Positions 25,305 through 34,490 of a stretch of 64,000 nucleotides of DNA are shown here, in pieces. Each line of letters begins with the position of its first letter. Within the stretch, counting starts at the first letter, position 1. The stretch comes from an uncultured Eubacteriales bacterium (GTDB lineage Bacteria > Actinomycetota > Coriobacteriia > Anaerosomatales > JAHIQC01): positions 1,717 to 65,716 of the forward strand of contig CAZMFQ010000011.1 of assembly GCA_964565645.1 (NCBI GenBank), given 5' to 3'. The notes below the pieces were generated by a model. The model searched no databases. It was not told the origin of the DNA and worked only from the letters and a program-made list of their open reading frames with translations. A program made the translations under genes and the position numbers.

Positions 25305-25388
25305 GCCGAAAACCGGGCTTCAAGCGGACCGGCGAGAGTCTGACCCGAGGAGGCGCAGAGCCGAGGCTGAGCCGCGATCACGTCGACC
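25305..25388 (+). repeat. attC site 34 (strongly decayed)
   Basis: GCCGAAA-accgggcttcaagcggacc...gctgagccgcgatcac-GTCGACC; 84-bp spacing retained. Confidence 0.5.
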
Positions 25389-25465
25389 TCAGCCCGCAGG
25401 AAGCATCGCGAATCTCGCAGTAACGGGAACAGACTCCACAGACATACCTACTGAGGAGGGGCTCT

Positions 25466-25693
25466 GTGAATCCGTTCTGCACCTTCATGGCGTCTACCGC
25501 CGGTCGCGCTACTCGCGTCGTAGCAGGCGTCGCACTCGTCGCACTGGGTCTACTGGTGATCAAGGGCACCGCTGGGATCGTCGTGACGGTCATCGGTCTG
25601 GTGCCTTTGGCGGCCGGGGCACTCGACTTCTGCGTGTTCGCTCCTCTCTTCGGCTGCCCGATGAGCGGGCCGAAGATCCGCGCGGGCAAGTAG
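25466..25693 (+). CDS. DUF2892 / YgaP-like membrane protein
   Basis: GRATRVVAG...GLVPLAAGALDFCVFAPLFG. Confidence 0.85.
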   Translation: MNPFCTFMASTAGRATRVVAGVALVALGLLVIKGTAGIVVTVIGLVPLAAGALDFCVFAPLFGCPMSGPKIRAGK

Positions 25694-25828
25694 CGCAGAC
25701 CCCGCAGTCTTCCCGGCCCATCACCACGCTCGGCGCTGATGGACTTCTCCGCGCGAGCAGGCGCTGCCAGCGGAAGCGACGGGGAATCATCGGAGTATCA
25801 GTCAACTCACGACACAGAGGTGAGAGCG

Positions 25829-26269
25829 ATGGCCGATACGCGAAGGAAGTCCCCAGACCCCGTCGAGCCGGTGCTTCTGGCAGGCGGCAATCCTCAGATA
25901 GCCAAGGCAGACGGGGATGCCCCCGTGCAGGCATACATCGCCGCGATGCCGGGATGGAAGCATGATGTCGGACGCCTCCTGGACACGCTGATCGTGCGTG
26001 TGGTGCCGGATGTGAAGAAGGCCGTGCGCTGGAACTCGCCGTTCTACGGTGTGGAAGGCCGGGGCTGGTTCCTCAACTACCACTGCTTCGACAGGTACGT
26101 GAAAGTGGCGTTCTTCGGCGGTTCATCGTTGAGTCCCCAGCCGCCAGGAGAGTCCAAGGACGCGAACGTGCGCTACCTCAACATCTACGAGGACGGGGAG
26201 TTCGACGAGACGCAGTTCACCGACTGGGTCGAGCAGGCAAGTCGACTGCCCGGATGGGATGGCTTCTAG
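25829..26269 (+). CDS. DUF1801 domain protein
   Basis: LLAGGNPQIAKADGDAPVQAYIAAMPGWK; AVRWNSPFYG. Confidence 0.85.
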   Translation: MADTRRKSPDPVEPVLLAGGNPQIAKADGDAPVQAYIAAMPGWKHDVGRLLDTLIVRVVPDVKKAVRWNSPFYGVEGRGWFLNYHCFDRYVKVAFFGGSSLSPQPPGESKDANVRYLNIYEDGEFDETQFTDWVEQASRLPGWDGF

Positions 26270-26406
26270 ACGCGCCGGAGCGGCGCCCGCGCCGGGTGCG
26301 TCTAGTCCCCGACGAGTCGACGCCGCCCAGGTGACGTTCACATCTCGTCAACGCGTGTCCCGCGTCCGCGCTCCCTTTGGCTAGTGTGAAGAGGGGAGGT
26401 GACCTC

Positions 26407-27018
26407 ATGGAACGGATGCTCTCTCGGATCGTGCTCGGCAGTGTTCCCCCGACCGGGTTGCTGCTGGCAGCATGGTGGTGCACGTATCTCCTTGCGGGAG
26501 ACAGCCCGTGGATCCCATGGGCCGCCACCGCAGGCCTCGCGACCGGGCTGCTGCTGGACGTGACCGCGCTCAGATCGTGGACGGGCGCGTTGTTCACACT
26601 TCCTTCTCGCTCATTGGCGCTGCTCGCCGTGTTCTACGCTGTCATGATCTACGGCTTCTTCATGGGTCTTCCCGTGCCCCTGCTGCTCATCCCGTTGGTC
26701 TGGGGCTTCGTCGCTGCCCGACCGGTCGGCGACCGGGCAGGGCATCCCGCGGCGCGCGTGGTGGTGGCCATGCGAGGATCAGCACTCATCGTCTTCGGCT
26801 TGTGCTGCGCGACCGCCGCGCTCGCGTTCCGCGAGCCTTCCATAGCCCGGCAGGTACAGGGCATGCTCGGACTGGGCTTCACGCCGTCCATGCCGCTTCT
26901 GGTGGCCGCGTCGATCCTGTGCGGGGTGGCGCTCGTGGGCTGCTCGTACGGCATCGCACGTTCCGTGGGGATGTGGGCGTCGCGAGGCCCTGCCGTCCGT
27001 CCGGCGGCATTCCGATGA
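26407..27018 (+). CDS. Hypothetical membrane protein
   Basis: About 6 hydrophobic segments; coupled to tam. Confidence 0.7.
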   Translation: MERMLSRIVLGSVPPTGLLLAAWWCTYLLAGDSPWIPWAATAGLATGLLLDVTALRSWTGALFTLPSRSLALLAVFYAVMIYGFFMGLPVPLLLIPLVWGFVAARPVGDRAGHPAARVVVAMRGSALIVFGLCCATAALAFREPSIARQVQGMLGLGFTPSMPLLVAASILCGVALVGCSYGIARSVGMWASRGPAVRPAAFR

Positions 27019-27803
27019 TGGCGGCGGGTGGGGCGGAGTCATGGAGCCCCGACGAGTACATGCGCTTCGGCGATGAGCGGACCCGCCCGTCGGTCGATCT
27101 CGCATCGCGTATCGCGGTCGATCGGCCTTCGACCGTCATCGACCTGGGCTGCGGTCCCGGCAACAGCACCCGGGTGCTCAGGCTGCGCTGGCCTGAGGCC
27201 ACGGTGATAGGCATGGACAGTTCGCCGGAGATGATTGAGGCAGCGCGCGCCGAGGAACCGCGGCAAGAGTGGATCCTCGGCGATATCCAGCGTTGGACGC
27301 CCCCATCCGCGTTCGACGTCGTGTTCTCCAACGCGGCGCTTCAGTGGCTACCCGATCACTGCGCTTTGGTGGAACGACTCTTCATGGTCGTCGCTCCGGG
27401 TGGCGCCCTCGGCTTTCAGATCCCCAGCGTTACGTTCGCTGCCGTCCGGGAGCTCATACACGACATCGCCCTCGACGGGCCGTGGACGCACAGGATGGAG
27501 GGCCCACTCGGTGAGCTCACCATGGAAGCGCCGGGAGCGTACTACGACTGTCTCTGTTCGCACGCTCGGTCCCTCGACATCTGGGAGACCGAGTACTTCC
27601 ATGTCATGGATTCCGCGCCGGCCATCGTGGACTGGATCTCGAGTACCGGACTGCGTCCGTTCCTTGCAGTCCTTGAGTCCGAAGAGGAGGTTCGGGCGTT
27701 CCTCGCACGTTTGAACGAGCGTGCGCGCGAAGCCTATCCGCCGCAGAAGGATGGACGCGTGCTGTTCCCGTTCAAGAGGACGTTCGTGGTCGCATACCGC
27801 TAG
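27015..27803 (+). CDS. tam: Trans-aconitate 2-methyltransferase family
   Basis: WSPDEYMRFGDERTRPSVDL; DLGCGPGNST; FSNAALQWLPDH; FPFKRTFVVA. Confidence 0.88.
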   Translation: MMAAGGAESWSPDEYMRFGDERTRPSVDLASRIAVDRPSTVIDLGCGPGNSTRVLRLRWPEATVIGMDSSPEMIEAARAEEPRQEWILGDIQRWTPPSAFDVVFSNAALQWLPDHCALVERLFMVVAPGGALGFQIPSVTFAAVRELIHDIALDGPWTHRMEGPLGELTMEAPGAYYDCLCSHARSLDIWETEYFHVMDSAPAIVDWISSTGLRPFLAVLESEEEVRAFLARLNERAREAYPPQKDGRVLFPFKRTFVVAYR

Positions 27804-27872
27804 CGGTCGGTTCGGCCACCCGGCCCGGCGACAGGTCGAGACGATCTGGGGAGGCGTGGGGAGGGGCTTGTC

Positions 27873-28301
27873 ATGGATCTGCTCACAGACGTCCTGCTCC
27901 TGGTGCTCATTCTCGTTCTCGTGGAGGTGCTTGCCTCAGGTGCCGTGCGGATCTGGCTCGCCAGGCGGGTCGAGCTGCTCCGGATCCGATGTGGCCGGCA
28001 ACTGCCTGTGGGTTCGTATCGGCTCGAGAGCGAGATCGGGATCCGGTTCGGCGTCGATGACACGACGCTCATCCTTCGGTTGCCGTTGCTGGACCCGGTC
28101 ACCGGCCGCGTGATCAAGTACACCGGCGCCACGGATTCGTCGACCACGTTCTTGGTCGGAGGCGAGGCTGTGAATCCCGATGCCCTTCTGGAGGCATACG
28201 ATGAATCGCTCGGACCGCTCGAGATCCGGGTATGGGAGGCAGGCAGGATCGCCGAGCTCGGCATCGCGGTAGACGCGCATCGGCCGCCCGCCACGATATG
28301 A
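27873..28301 (+). CDS. Hypothetical protein with N-terminal TM
   Basis: RBS ggagggg; codon pattern fits host. Confidence 0.6.
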   Translation: MDLLTDVLLLVLILVLVEVLASGAVRIWLARRVELLRIRCGRQLPVGSYRLESEIGIRFGVDDTTLILRLPLLDPVTGRVIKYTGATDSSTTFLVGGEAVNPDALLEAYDESLGPLEIRVWEAGRIAELGIAVDAHRPPATI

Positions 28302-28390
28302 CAAGTTGTGTCAGCAGACGCTAGACTCTGGTGGCGGAGCTGCCGCTCTGAGCGCGGCGCTCAAAGGGTGGCACACATCCGACAGGGGGA

Positions 28391-28795
28391 GTGGATCACG
28401 TGACATCTGCAGTGCGCGTCGCGGCCTGGGGGTACGTGTGCCTGACTGCGGTCGTTGTGGCGTTCCAGGTGGCCCTTGCGCTTGGTGCGCCTTGGGGGGC
28501 ATATGCGATGGGTGGCAGCTTTCCCGGACGGTTGCCCGCAAACGCCCGGGTCGCCTCGGTCGTCCAAGCGTTGTTGCTCGCCATGACCGCAGTCGTCGTC
28601 ACGTCGCGGGCAGGACTCGCGTTCGCCGGCATGTCGGGCGCATCGGGCTGGCTGATCTGGGTCGTTGTAGGGCTGCTCTCGCTCAGCCTCGTGGGTAATC
28701 TCCTCTCCTCCTCGGCAGGTGAGCGCATGCTTTGGGTGCCGGTGCTCGTTCTGATGTTGGTGGCGAGCGTTGCCGTCGGCGTGATGGGTCGGTAG
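28391..28795 (+). CDS. Hypothetical membrane protein
   Basis: FQVALALGAPWGAYAMGG..PGRLP motif; 4 TM. Confidence 0.78.
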   Translation: MDHVTSAVRVAAWGYVCLTAVVVAFQVALALGAPWGAYAMGGSFPGRLPANARVASVVQALLLAMTAVVVTSRAGLAFAGMSGASGWLIWVVVGLLSLSLVGNLLSSSAGERMLWVPVLVLMLVASVAVGVMGR

Positions 28796-28824
28796 CGGAC
28801 GATACATAGTAGGCAGGAGGCAGC

Positions 28825-29247
28825 ATGCGCAAAGCCACCCGAGTGTTCCTGATCCTGGTCAGTCTTCTCAACGGCATCGCCGGCTTGATCTGCGGTGTGC
28901 TGTTCCTTGTCAGTCCCGACGGGAGTCTGATGGGATTCGAGCCGCTTCTGTCGGTGGTGAGAACGCTGCCGCTTGCGGACGTCTTCTTTCGCGACCTGAC
29001 GTGGATCGGGATCGCCATGCTTCTCGTGCTCGGGATTCCGAACGCGATCGCGACGGTCATGCTGCTGCGCCGCAGCGCCCTGCAGTACACCGTGACTTTC
29101 GCGGCGGGCGTCTTGTTGCTGCTTTGGACCGGATTCGAGCTCGTGTTCATGTACAACGTCGCCGCTCTGGGGTACTTCATCGTAGGGGTTGCGTGCATCC
29201 TCGGCTCTGTGTCGTTGCGGAGGGAGTCCGCGCCTGCGGAAGGCTGA
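28825..29247 (+). CDS. Hypothetical membrane protein
   Basis: 4 TM; RBS aggagg. Confidence 0.78.
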   Translation: MRKATRVFLILVSLLNGIAGLICGVLFLVSPDGSLMGFEPLLSVVRTLPLADVFFRDLTWIGIAMLLVLGIPNAIATVMLLRRSALQYTVTFAAGVLLLLWTGFELVFMYNVAALGYFIVGVACILGSVSLRRESAPAEG

Positions 29248-29260
29248 TCGGTTCAGGATC

Positions 29261-29734
29261 GTGAACGGGGGCGCGACGTTGGACGACCGTGAGTGGACAC
29301 CCGTCGACTTCGAGCACTACGACCATGTCGAAGGGCCCTTCTATCATGGGAGCAAGTCGGTACTGCACCCCGGCGACGAGCTCATCCCCGGATTCGGCTC
29401 CAACTTCCAGGAAGGCCGGGTCTCCAACAACATCTACTTCACCGCGTCGGTGGACACTGCCGCTTGGGGCGCGCAGTTGGCCACGGCACTGGCGGGAATC
29501 TCGGAGCGCGGCCACATCTATCTCGTCGAGCCGCTCGGTCCTTTCGAGGACGACCCGAACGTGACCAACAAGAGGTTCCCCGGGAACCCGACGCGTTCGT
29601 ACCGTACGCGATCGCCGCTGCGAGTCATCGCTGAACTCGGGGAGTGGGAGGGGCACAGCCCTGAAGCGCTCAAGCAGATGCTCGATCATCTGGCGTACCT
29701 TCGTGAACAGGGGCTGGACGTGATCGAGGACTAG
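29261..29734 (+). CDS. arr: Rifampin ADP-ribosyltransferase
   Basis: GPFYHGS, IYFTA, YLVEPLGPFEDDPNVTNKRFPGNPTRSYRT signature. Confidence 0.9.
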   Translation: MNGGATLDDREWTPVDFEHYDHVEGPFYHGSKSVLHPGDELIPGFGSNFQEGRVSNNIYFTASVDTAAWGAQLATALAGISERGHIYLVEPLGPFEDDPNVTNKRFPGNPTRSYRTRSPLRVIAELGEWEGHSPEALKQMLDHLAYLREQGLDVIED

Positions 29735-29784
29735 GCGCATCGCGCGCTACAATGGCCTGACGACGCCCGTCGGATGGAGCCCCG

Positions 29785-30660
29785 GTGACCCGAGCCCTTG
29801 CCATCTGCTACTTCTCCGGGACCGGGAACACCGAGTACGTGGTGGAGCTAGCGCGCGACGCGTTCGCCCGGGCCGGGGTAGCTGTCGACACCTTCCGCAT
29901 CGAGGACCTCCGCCGAGGAGCAGACTCCTCGTTCGACCCCACCGCATATGACATGCTCGGGATCGCGCATCCCGTTCTGGGCTTCGACTGCCCCCGACTC
30001 GTCCGCGAGTTCGTGCAGGATCTGCCGCAGGCGATGGCTCAGCCGGTCTTCATCCTCAAGACCGCCGGTGACTATCACGCGGTGAACCATAGTTCCTCGC
30101 ATGTGATCAAGAGGGTGCTCATCGCAAAGGGCTACGACCCGTTCTACGATGAGATCGTCGCCATGCCGTCGAACTGGCTCGTGGCATACGACGACAGACT
30201 CAACAGGGAGTTGGTGCGGGTGGCTCCCGAGCGGGTGGAAGTCGCGGTCCGGCACATCCTGGCCAAGGAGCGCCGAGCCCTCTCGAATCACTGGCCCGCC
30301 CGCCTCCTCCTCGGCGCGGCGAGTGTGCTCGAGGACCGCTACGGCGCCAGAGCCTTCGGGCGGTCGTTGCAGGCAGGCGCCTCGTGCACTCGATGCGGAC
30401 TGTGCGCGCGCGAGTGCCCGAGCGGCAACATACGGCTGTCTGGGGGCACCGTGTCCTTCGGCGATGAGTGCGTTTGGTGCATGCGGTGCGTCTACAACTG
30501 TCCGGTGAGCGCGATCGGCAGCAAACGTATGGGCATCTTCATCCTGAAGAGGGGCTACAGCCTGGCGAACACGAAGGATCTCACGGCGGAGCCGATCGAC
30601 TTCGAGGCTGACGGATTGCCCTTCTGGCACCGGTACTTCCGGCGCTACTTCGTCGAGTGA
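29785..30660 (+). CDS. EFR1-family flavodoxin-ferredoxin fusion
   Basis: YFSGTGNTEYV; CTRCGLCARECP; CVWCMRCVYNCP. Confidence 0.88.
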   Translation: MTRALAICYFSGTGNTEYVVELARDAFARAGVAVDTFRIEDLRRGADSSFDPTAYDMLGIAHPVLGFDCPRLVREFVQDLPQAMAQPVFILKTAGDYHAVNHSSSHVIKRVLIAKGYDPFYDEIVAMPSNWLVAYDDRLNRELVRVAPERVEVAVRHILAKERRALSNHWPARLLLGAASVLEDRYGARAFGRSLQAGASCTRCGLCARECPSGNIRLSGGTVSFGDECVWCMRCVYNCPVSAIGSKRMGIFILKRGYSLANTKDLTAEPIDFEADGLPFWHRYFRRYFVE

Positions 30661-30700
30661 TCCGCCGTGTTCATCGCTGTCGGGAGGGAGTCACTCCGTC

Positions 30701-31045
30701 ATGAACGAAGCGCAGTTCGATCCGTCGCATCGAGCGGTTCTTGACGCGATGCTGCTGCGGGATCCGCGGGTGCGTGCCGGCAAGATGTTCGGGTATCCCG
30801 CGTACTACGCCGGTCGGAAGCTCGTGGCTTGTCTGTATGAAGGGGGAGTCGGCCTCAAGGTACCGGAGGCGCTTGCGACGCGCCTGCTTCAAGACGACCC
30901 GAACGTGGTGCCGTTCCAGCCTCTGGGCAGGCGACGCATGCGTGAGTGGATCCAGATCGATCTACGCCGCTCCGAGGACTACCGTGAGTACGCAGAGGTC
31001 TTTGCGCAGGCTGTCGAGTACGTCGCCGCGCTCGATCAGGTATGA
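30701..31045 (+). CDS. TfoX/Sxy N-terminal-like protein
   Basis: GKMFGYPAYY; PFQPLGRRRMREWI. Confidence 0.75.
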   Translation: MNEAQFDPSHRAVLDAMLLRDPRVRAGKMFGYPAYYAGRKLVACLYEGGVGLKVPEALATRLLQDDPNVVPFQPLGRRRMREWIQIDLRRSEDYREYAEVFAQAVEYVAALDQV

Positions 31046-31575
31046 CGCAGGGGGCGACCGTGATCCTTCCCAAGGTGCGTGACCCGAGATTCATCACCAT
31101 ACGGCGCGGCGGAACGCTGCAGGACTCCGACCACGCGCTTCTCGCCGAGTGGGCGGCGACGTGCGCGGAGCACGTGCTGCCGCTGTTCGAGGCGGTCCGC
31201 CCCGACGACGCACGCCCGAGGGCCGCGATCGAGTCCGCGCGCGCATGGGCGCGGGGCGAGTTGCCGATGTCGCTCTCGCGTACCGCGGCCGGCAAGGCCA
31301 ATGCAGCGGCACGGGCCCTCTCGGGCGCCGCGAGGCACGCGGCCTTCGCCGCGGGGCAGGCGGCGGCGGTCGCTCACGTCGCCGCTCACGAATTGGGGGC
31401 CGCAGCCTACGCGATCAAGGCCGTCCGTGCATCCGTGGAGGCCGACGAGAGCGAGGCGGCCGGCCGGCGTGAGTGCGCCTGGCAGCGGCATCAACTCCCG
31501 CCCGCCATCCGTGAGCTCGTGCTTGATGACCAGCGGCTGCGCAACACGATCTGCTGGTCGGTGTTCGACTGCTAG
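31042..31575 (+). CDS. Imm5-like putative immunity protein
   Basis: LAEWAATCAEHVLPLFEAVRPDDARPRAAIESARAW. Confidence 0.8.
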   Translation: MTQGATVILPKVRDPRFITIRRGGTLQDSDHALLAEWAATCAEHVLPLFEAVRPDDARPRAAIESARAWARGELPMSLSRTAAGKANAAARALSGAARHAAFAAGQAAAVAHVAAHELGAAAYAIKAVRASVEADESEAAGRRECAWQRHQLPPAIRELVLDDQRLRNTICWSVFDC

Positions 31576-31597
31576 CTGCACGGGACCCGGAACTCGG

Positions 31598-32359
31598 CTA
31601 CGACAGCCTGCGGCGGAACACGATCATGGCGAGCGCGTAGGCGATCAGCAGGACCCCGAGACACCAGGCGAGCGCTATCCAGATATCCGTACCAACGGGC
31701 TGTTGCGAGAGCAGGGCGCGGATCGCGTCGACGATCGAGGTGACCGGCTGGTTCTCTGCGAACGCCCGTACCGGGCCGGGCATGGTCTCTGTGGGGACGA
31801 ACGCCGAACTCACGAACGGCAGGAAGATGAGCGGGTAGGAGAACGCGCTCGCCCCATCGACCGTCTTGGCAGTCAGGCCGGGGATGACCGCGAGCCATGT
31901 CAGTGCGAGGGTGAAGAGCGCCAGGATGCCGGCGACCGCGAGCCATTCAGCGACGCCTGCCCCGGAACGGAAGCCCATCAGCAGAGCCACGAGCAGCACC
32001 ACCACAAGTGATATGCCGTTGGCGACAAGCGAGGTCAGCACGTGCGCCCACAGGACCGAGGTCCGCGCGATCGGCATGGACTGAAAGCGCTCGAAGATGC
32101 CGCTCTGCATGTCCAGGAACAGTCGGAACGCAGTGTAGGAAACCCCCGATGCGATGGTGATGAGCAGGATGCCGGGCAGAAGGTAGGCCACGTATGACTC
32201 CGAGCCGACATCGATCGCGCCGCCGAATACGTACACGAACAGGAGCATGAAGGCGATCGGCATGACGGTGGTCGTGATGATGGTGTCGAGGCTTCGGGCT
32301 ATGTGCCGCAAAGAACGCCCGGTCAGGGTGGATGTGTCGGCGACGAAATGGGTGTTCAT
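31598..32359 (-). CDS. ABC-2 type exporter permease
   Basis: YLLPGILL; GIFERFQSMPI; SSAFVPTETMP. Confidence 0.9.
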   Translation of the reverse strand: MNTHFVADTSTLTGRSLRHIARSLDTIITTTVMPIAFMLLFVYVFGGAIDVGSESYVAYLLPGILLITIASGVSYTAFRLFLDMQSGIFERFQSMPIARTSVLWAHVLTSLVANGISLVVVLLVALLMGFRSGAGVAEWLAVAGILALFTLALTWLAVIPGLTAKTVDGASAFSYPLIFLPFVSSAFVPTETMPGPVRAFAENQPVTSIVDAIRALLSQQPVGTDIWIALAWCLGVLLIAYALAMIVFRRRLS

Positions 32360-33180
32360 CGGCCCACCTCACTGTGCGGCGGGCGGGCGTCCTGTTCAGG
32401 GCCTTGCGCACCGACGCCCGCACCGGTGATCGCGAGGAACACGTCTTCGAGTGTCGGCTGCTTCTCGACGTACTCGACCCTGGCCGGCGGGAGCAGGCGC
32501 TTGAGCTCCGGCAGCGTGTCGTTGACCAGGATGCGGCCTTCATGCAGGATCGCGATCCGGTCGGCGAGTTGTTCGGCCTCGTCGAGATACTGCGTCGTCA
32601 GAAGCACCGTCGTCCCGCCCGCTGCGAGTTCCCGGACCGCCTGCCAGACCTCGAGCCGGGCTTGCGGGTCGAGGCCGGTGGTCGGTTCGTCGAGAAAGAT
32701 GACCGGGGGGTCGCCGATGAGGCTCATTGCGATGTCGAGCCTTCGTCGCATCCCGCCGGAGTAGGTCGACACCCGTCGCGAGCCCGCATCGCTCAGCCCG
32801 AAGCGCTCAAGGAGCCCGTCGGCGATCGTGCCGGGGTCGGCGAGGTGCCGGAGCCGGGCCACCAGGACGAGGTTCTCGCGCCCCGTCAGGACCTCGTCGA
32901 CGGCCGCGAACTGCCCGGTGAGGCTTATCGATCGACGCACCTCGGCCGGGTGTGTGGAAACATTGAACCCGTTGACGCTCGCAGATCCGGCGTCGGCCCG
33001 AAGCAGCGTCGCCAGGATGTTGACGATCGTGGTCTTTCCCGCCCCGTTCGAGCCGAGGAGAGCGAAGATGCTGCCGCGCGTCACGTCGAAGTTCACGCCG
33101 CGCAGGACGCTCACCGACTTGTACGACTTGTGCAGGTCCGCCACCTGGATCGCGGCGACCTCGGGTGACGACGGTGTCAT
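32356..33180 (-). CDS. ABC exporter ATP-binding subunit (DrrA-like)
   Basis: GSNGAGKT; YSGGMRRR; IFLDEPTTGLD. Confidence 0.93.
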   Translation of the reverse strand: MTPSSPEVAAIQVADLHKSYKSVSVLRGVNFDVTRGSIFALLGSNGAGKTTIVNILATLLRADAGSASVNGFNVSTHPAEVRRSISLTGQFAAVDEVLTGRENLVLVARLRHLADPGTIADGLLERFGLSDAGSRRVSTYSGGMRRRLDIAMSLIGDPPVIFLDEPTTGLDPQARLEVWQAVRELAAGGTTVLLTTQYLDEAEQLADRIAILHEGRILVNDTLPELKRLLPPARVEYVEKQPTLEDVFLAITGAGVGAQGPEQDARPPHSEVGR

Positions 33181-33554
33181 GATCCGGTCCCGTCACCCTG
33201 CTCCTCGGCGCGCTCGATCGCGTCGGCAAGGCGCTTGCGCTCCTTGGCGATCCAACCTGGCTTCGAGTAGCTCTGTACGAAGGTCTCGGCGAACTCGACC
33301 GGGTCCTCGCCCACGATCTCGCGGATCGGCGTATGGTCCGCCGCCGCCTGCTCGAACAGGTCGGCGAGGTCTTCGAACATGGAGGCCGCAGTGTCGGCGT
33401 CGTCGGGGCCGCCGCTGTACATGAGGTACCGCTCCACCGCGTCGATGGCGGTGCGATAGTTCTCCGGCAGCAGCTTGGTCCGGGCCTTGTACCGGCGCCA
33501 ACGCTGCTTGTCACCGATCAGCTTCGCGGCGAAATCTGAGATCGACATGGTCAC
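33177..33554 (-). CDS. DUF1048 family protein
   Basis: YKARTKLLPENYR; IVGEDPVEFAE. Confidence 0.85.
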   Translation of the reverse strand: MTMSISDFAAKLIGDKQRWRRYKARTKLLPENYRTAIDAVERYLMYSGGPDDADTAASMFEDLADLFEQAAADHTPIREIVGEDPVEFAETFVQSYSKPGWIAKERKRLADAIERAEEQGDGTGS

Positions 33555-33880
33555 ATACCTCTTTCGTGAAGGTCTTCGAGCCGGCTGGCGAGGAAACCCC
33601 AGGTACTCCAGAACTCGTCGAGGTACGCCTGTCCTCGAGTGTTCAGTGAGTACACCTTGCGCGGGGGGCCCTTCTCCGACGGGTGTTTCTCGACGTCGAC
33701 GAGGCCCCGGCGCTCGATGCGGACGAGCAGTGCGTATACGGTGCCCTCGGCGATCTCGGCGAAGCCCATCTCGCGCAGCCGTGCGGTGATCTCGTATCCG
33801 TAGGCGGGACGCTCGGACAGGATCGCAAGCACGATGCCCTCAAGGGTCCCTTTGAGCATCTCCGTTATCTGCTTGCCCAC
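33551..33880 (-). CDS. PadR family regulator
   Basis: LKGTLEGIVL; YGYEI; EGTVYALL; GPPRKVYSL. Confidence 0.92.
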   Translation of the reverse strand: MGKQITEMLKGTLEGIVLAILSERPAYGYEITARLREMGFAEIAEGTVYALLVRIERRGLVDVEKHPSEKGPPRKVYSLNTRGQAYLDEFWSTWGFLASRLEDLHERGM

Positions 33881-33995
33881 CGGACACCACCTCGACTAGG
33901 CTACTGAGTATGACTAGGTACGGCTACATAGTATCACAGAGTAGTGGATACGCAAGTCGCGATCCCGAAGCGCCGGCCATGATGCGGAGGTCCAC

Positions 33996-34490
33996 GTGGT
34001 TCGCGTCGATCCGGTGAGTTCAGGCGCGGACTTGGAGGCGGTCCGTGGGATGTTCCGGGAGTACGCGGTCTGGATCGACCTCGACCTCGGATTCCAGGAC
34101 TTCGAGTCCGAGCTTGCGACGTTGCCCGGCGCCTACAGTCCGCCCGGAGGGGCGCTCTTCATTGCTCGCGAAGGCGACTCCGTATCGGGTTGCGTTGCGA
34201 TCAGGCCGTTTCAGCCGCCATCTGTCGCCGAGCTCAAGCGTCTGTTCGTGCGTCCCGAGGCGAGGGGGCTCGGAGTGGGTCGCGCACTGACCGAGGCCGC
34301 GATCGACGCCGCCCGCTCGGCGGGCTATGGATTCCTGCGCCTCGACACACTTCCGATGATGGGCTCCGCCCAGCGCCTATACGAATCTCTCGGCTTCTAC
34401 GAGATCGATCCCTACCGGTTCAACCCTGTGTCCGGCGCACTCTATCTCGAACTCGATCTCCGCCCAAGCCGAGGAGCCTCCCATGACTGA
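33996..34490 (+). CDS. GNAT acetyltransferase
   Basis: AELKRLFVRPEARGLGVG; LRLDT; LYESLGF. Confidence 0.9.
   Translation: MVRVDPVSSGADLEAVRGMFREYAVWIDLDLGFQDFESELATLPGAYSPPGGALFIAREGDSVSGCVAIRPFQPPSVAELKRLFVRPEARGLGVGRALTEAAIDAARSAGYGFLRLDTLPMMGSAQRLYESLGFYEIDPYRFNPVSGALYLELDLRPSRGASHD

Larger units (their letters stand above)
115..25388 (+). mobile_element. Integron gene-cassette array (about 33 cassettes); no intI in window, so formally a CALIN here; probably continues upstream of base 1
   Basis: 33-34 co-oriented attC sites separated by 0.2-2.6 kb segments of mostly 1-2 ORFs; cassette-end core complementarity; duplicated cassettes. Confidence 0.93.

Noticed and set aside
33885-33950. Imperfect repeats upstream of padR as a PadR operator
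   Set aside because: Symmetry is too weak to define a site by eye.
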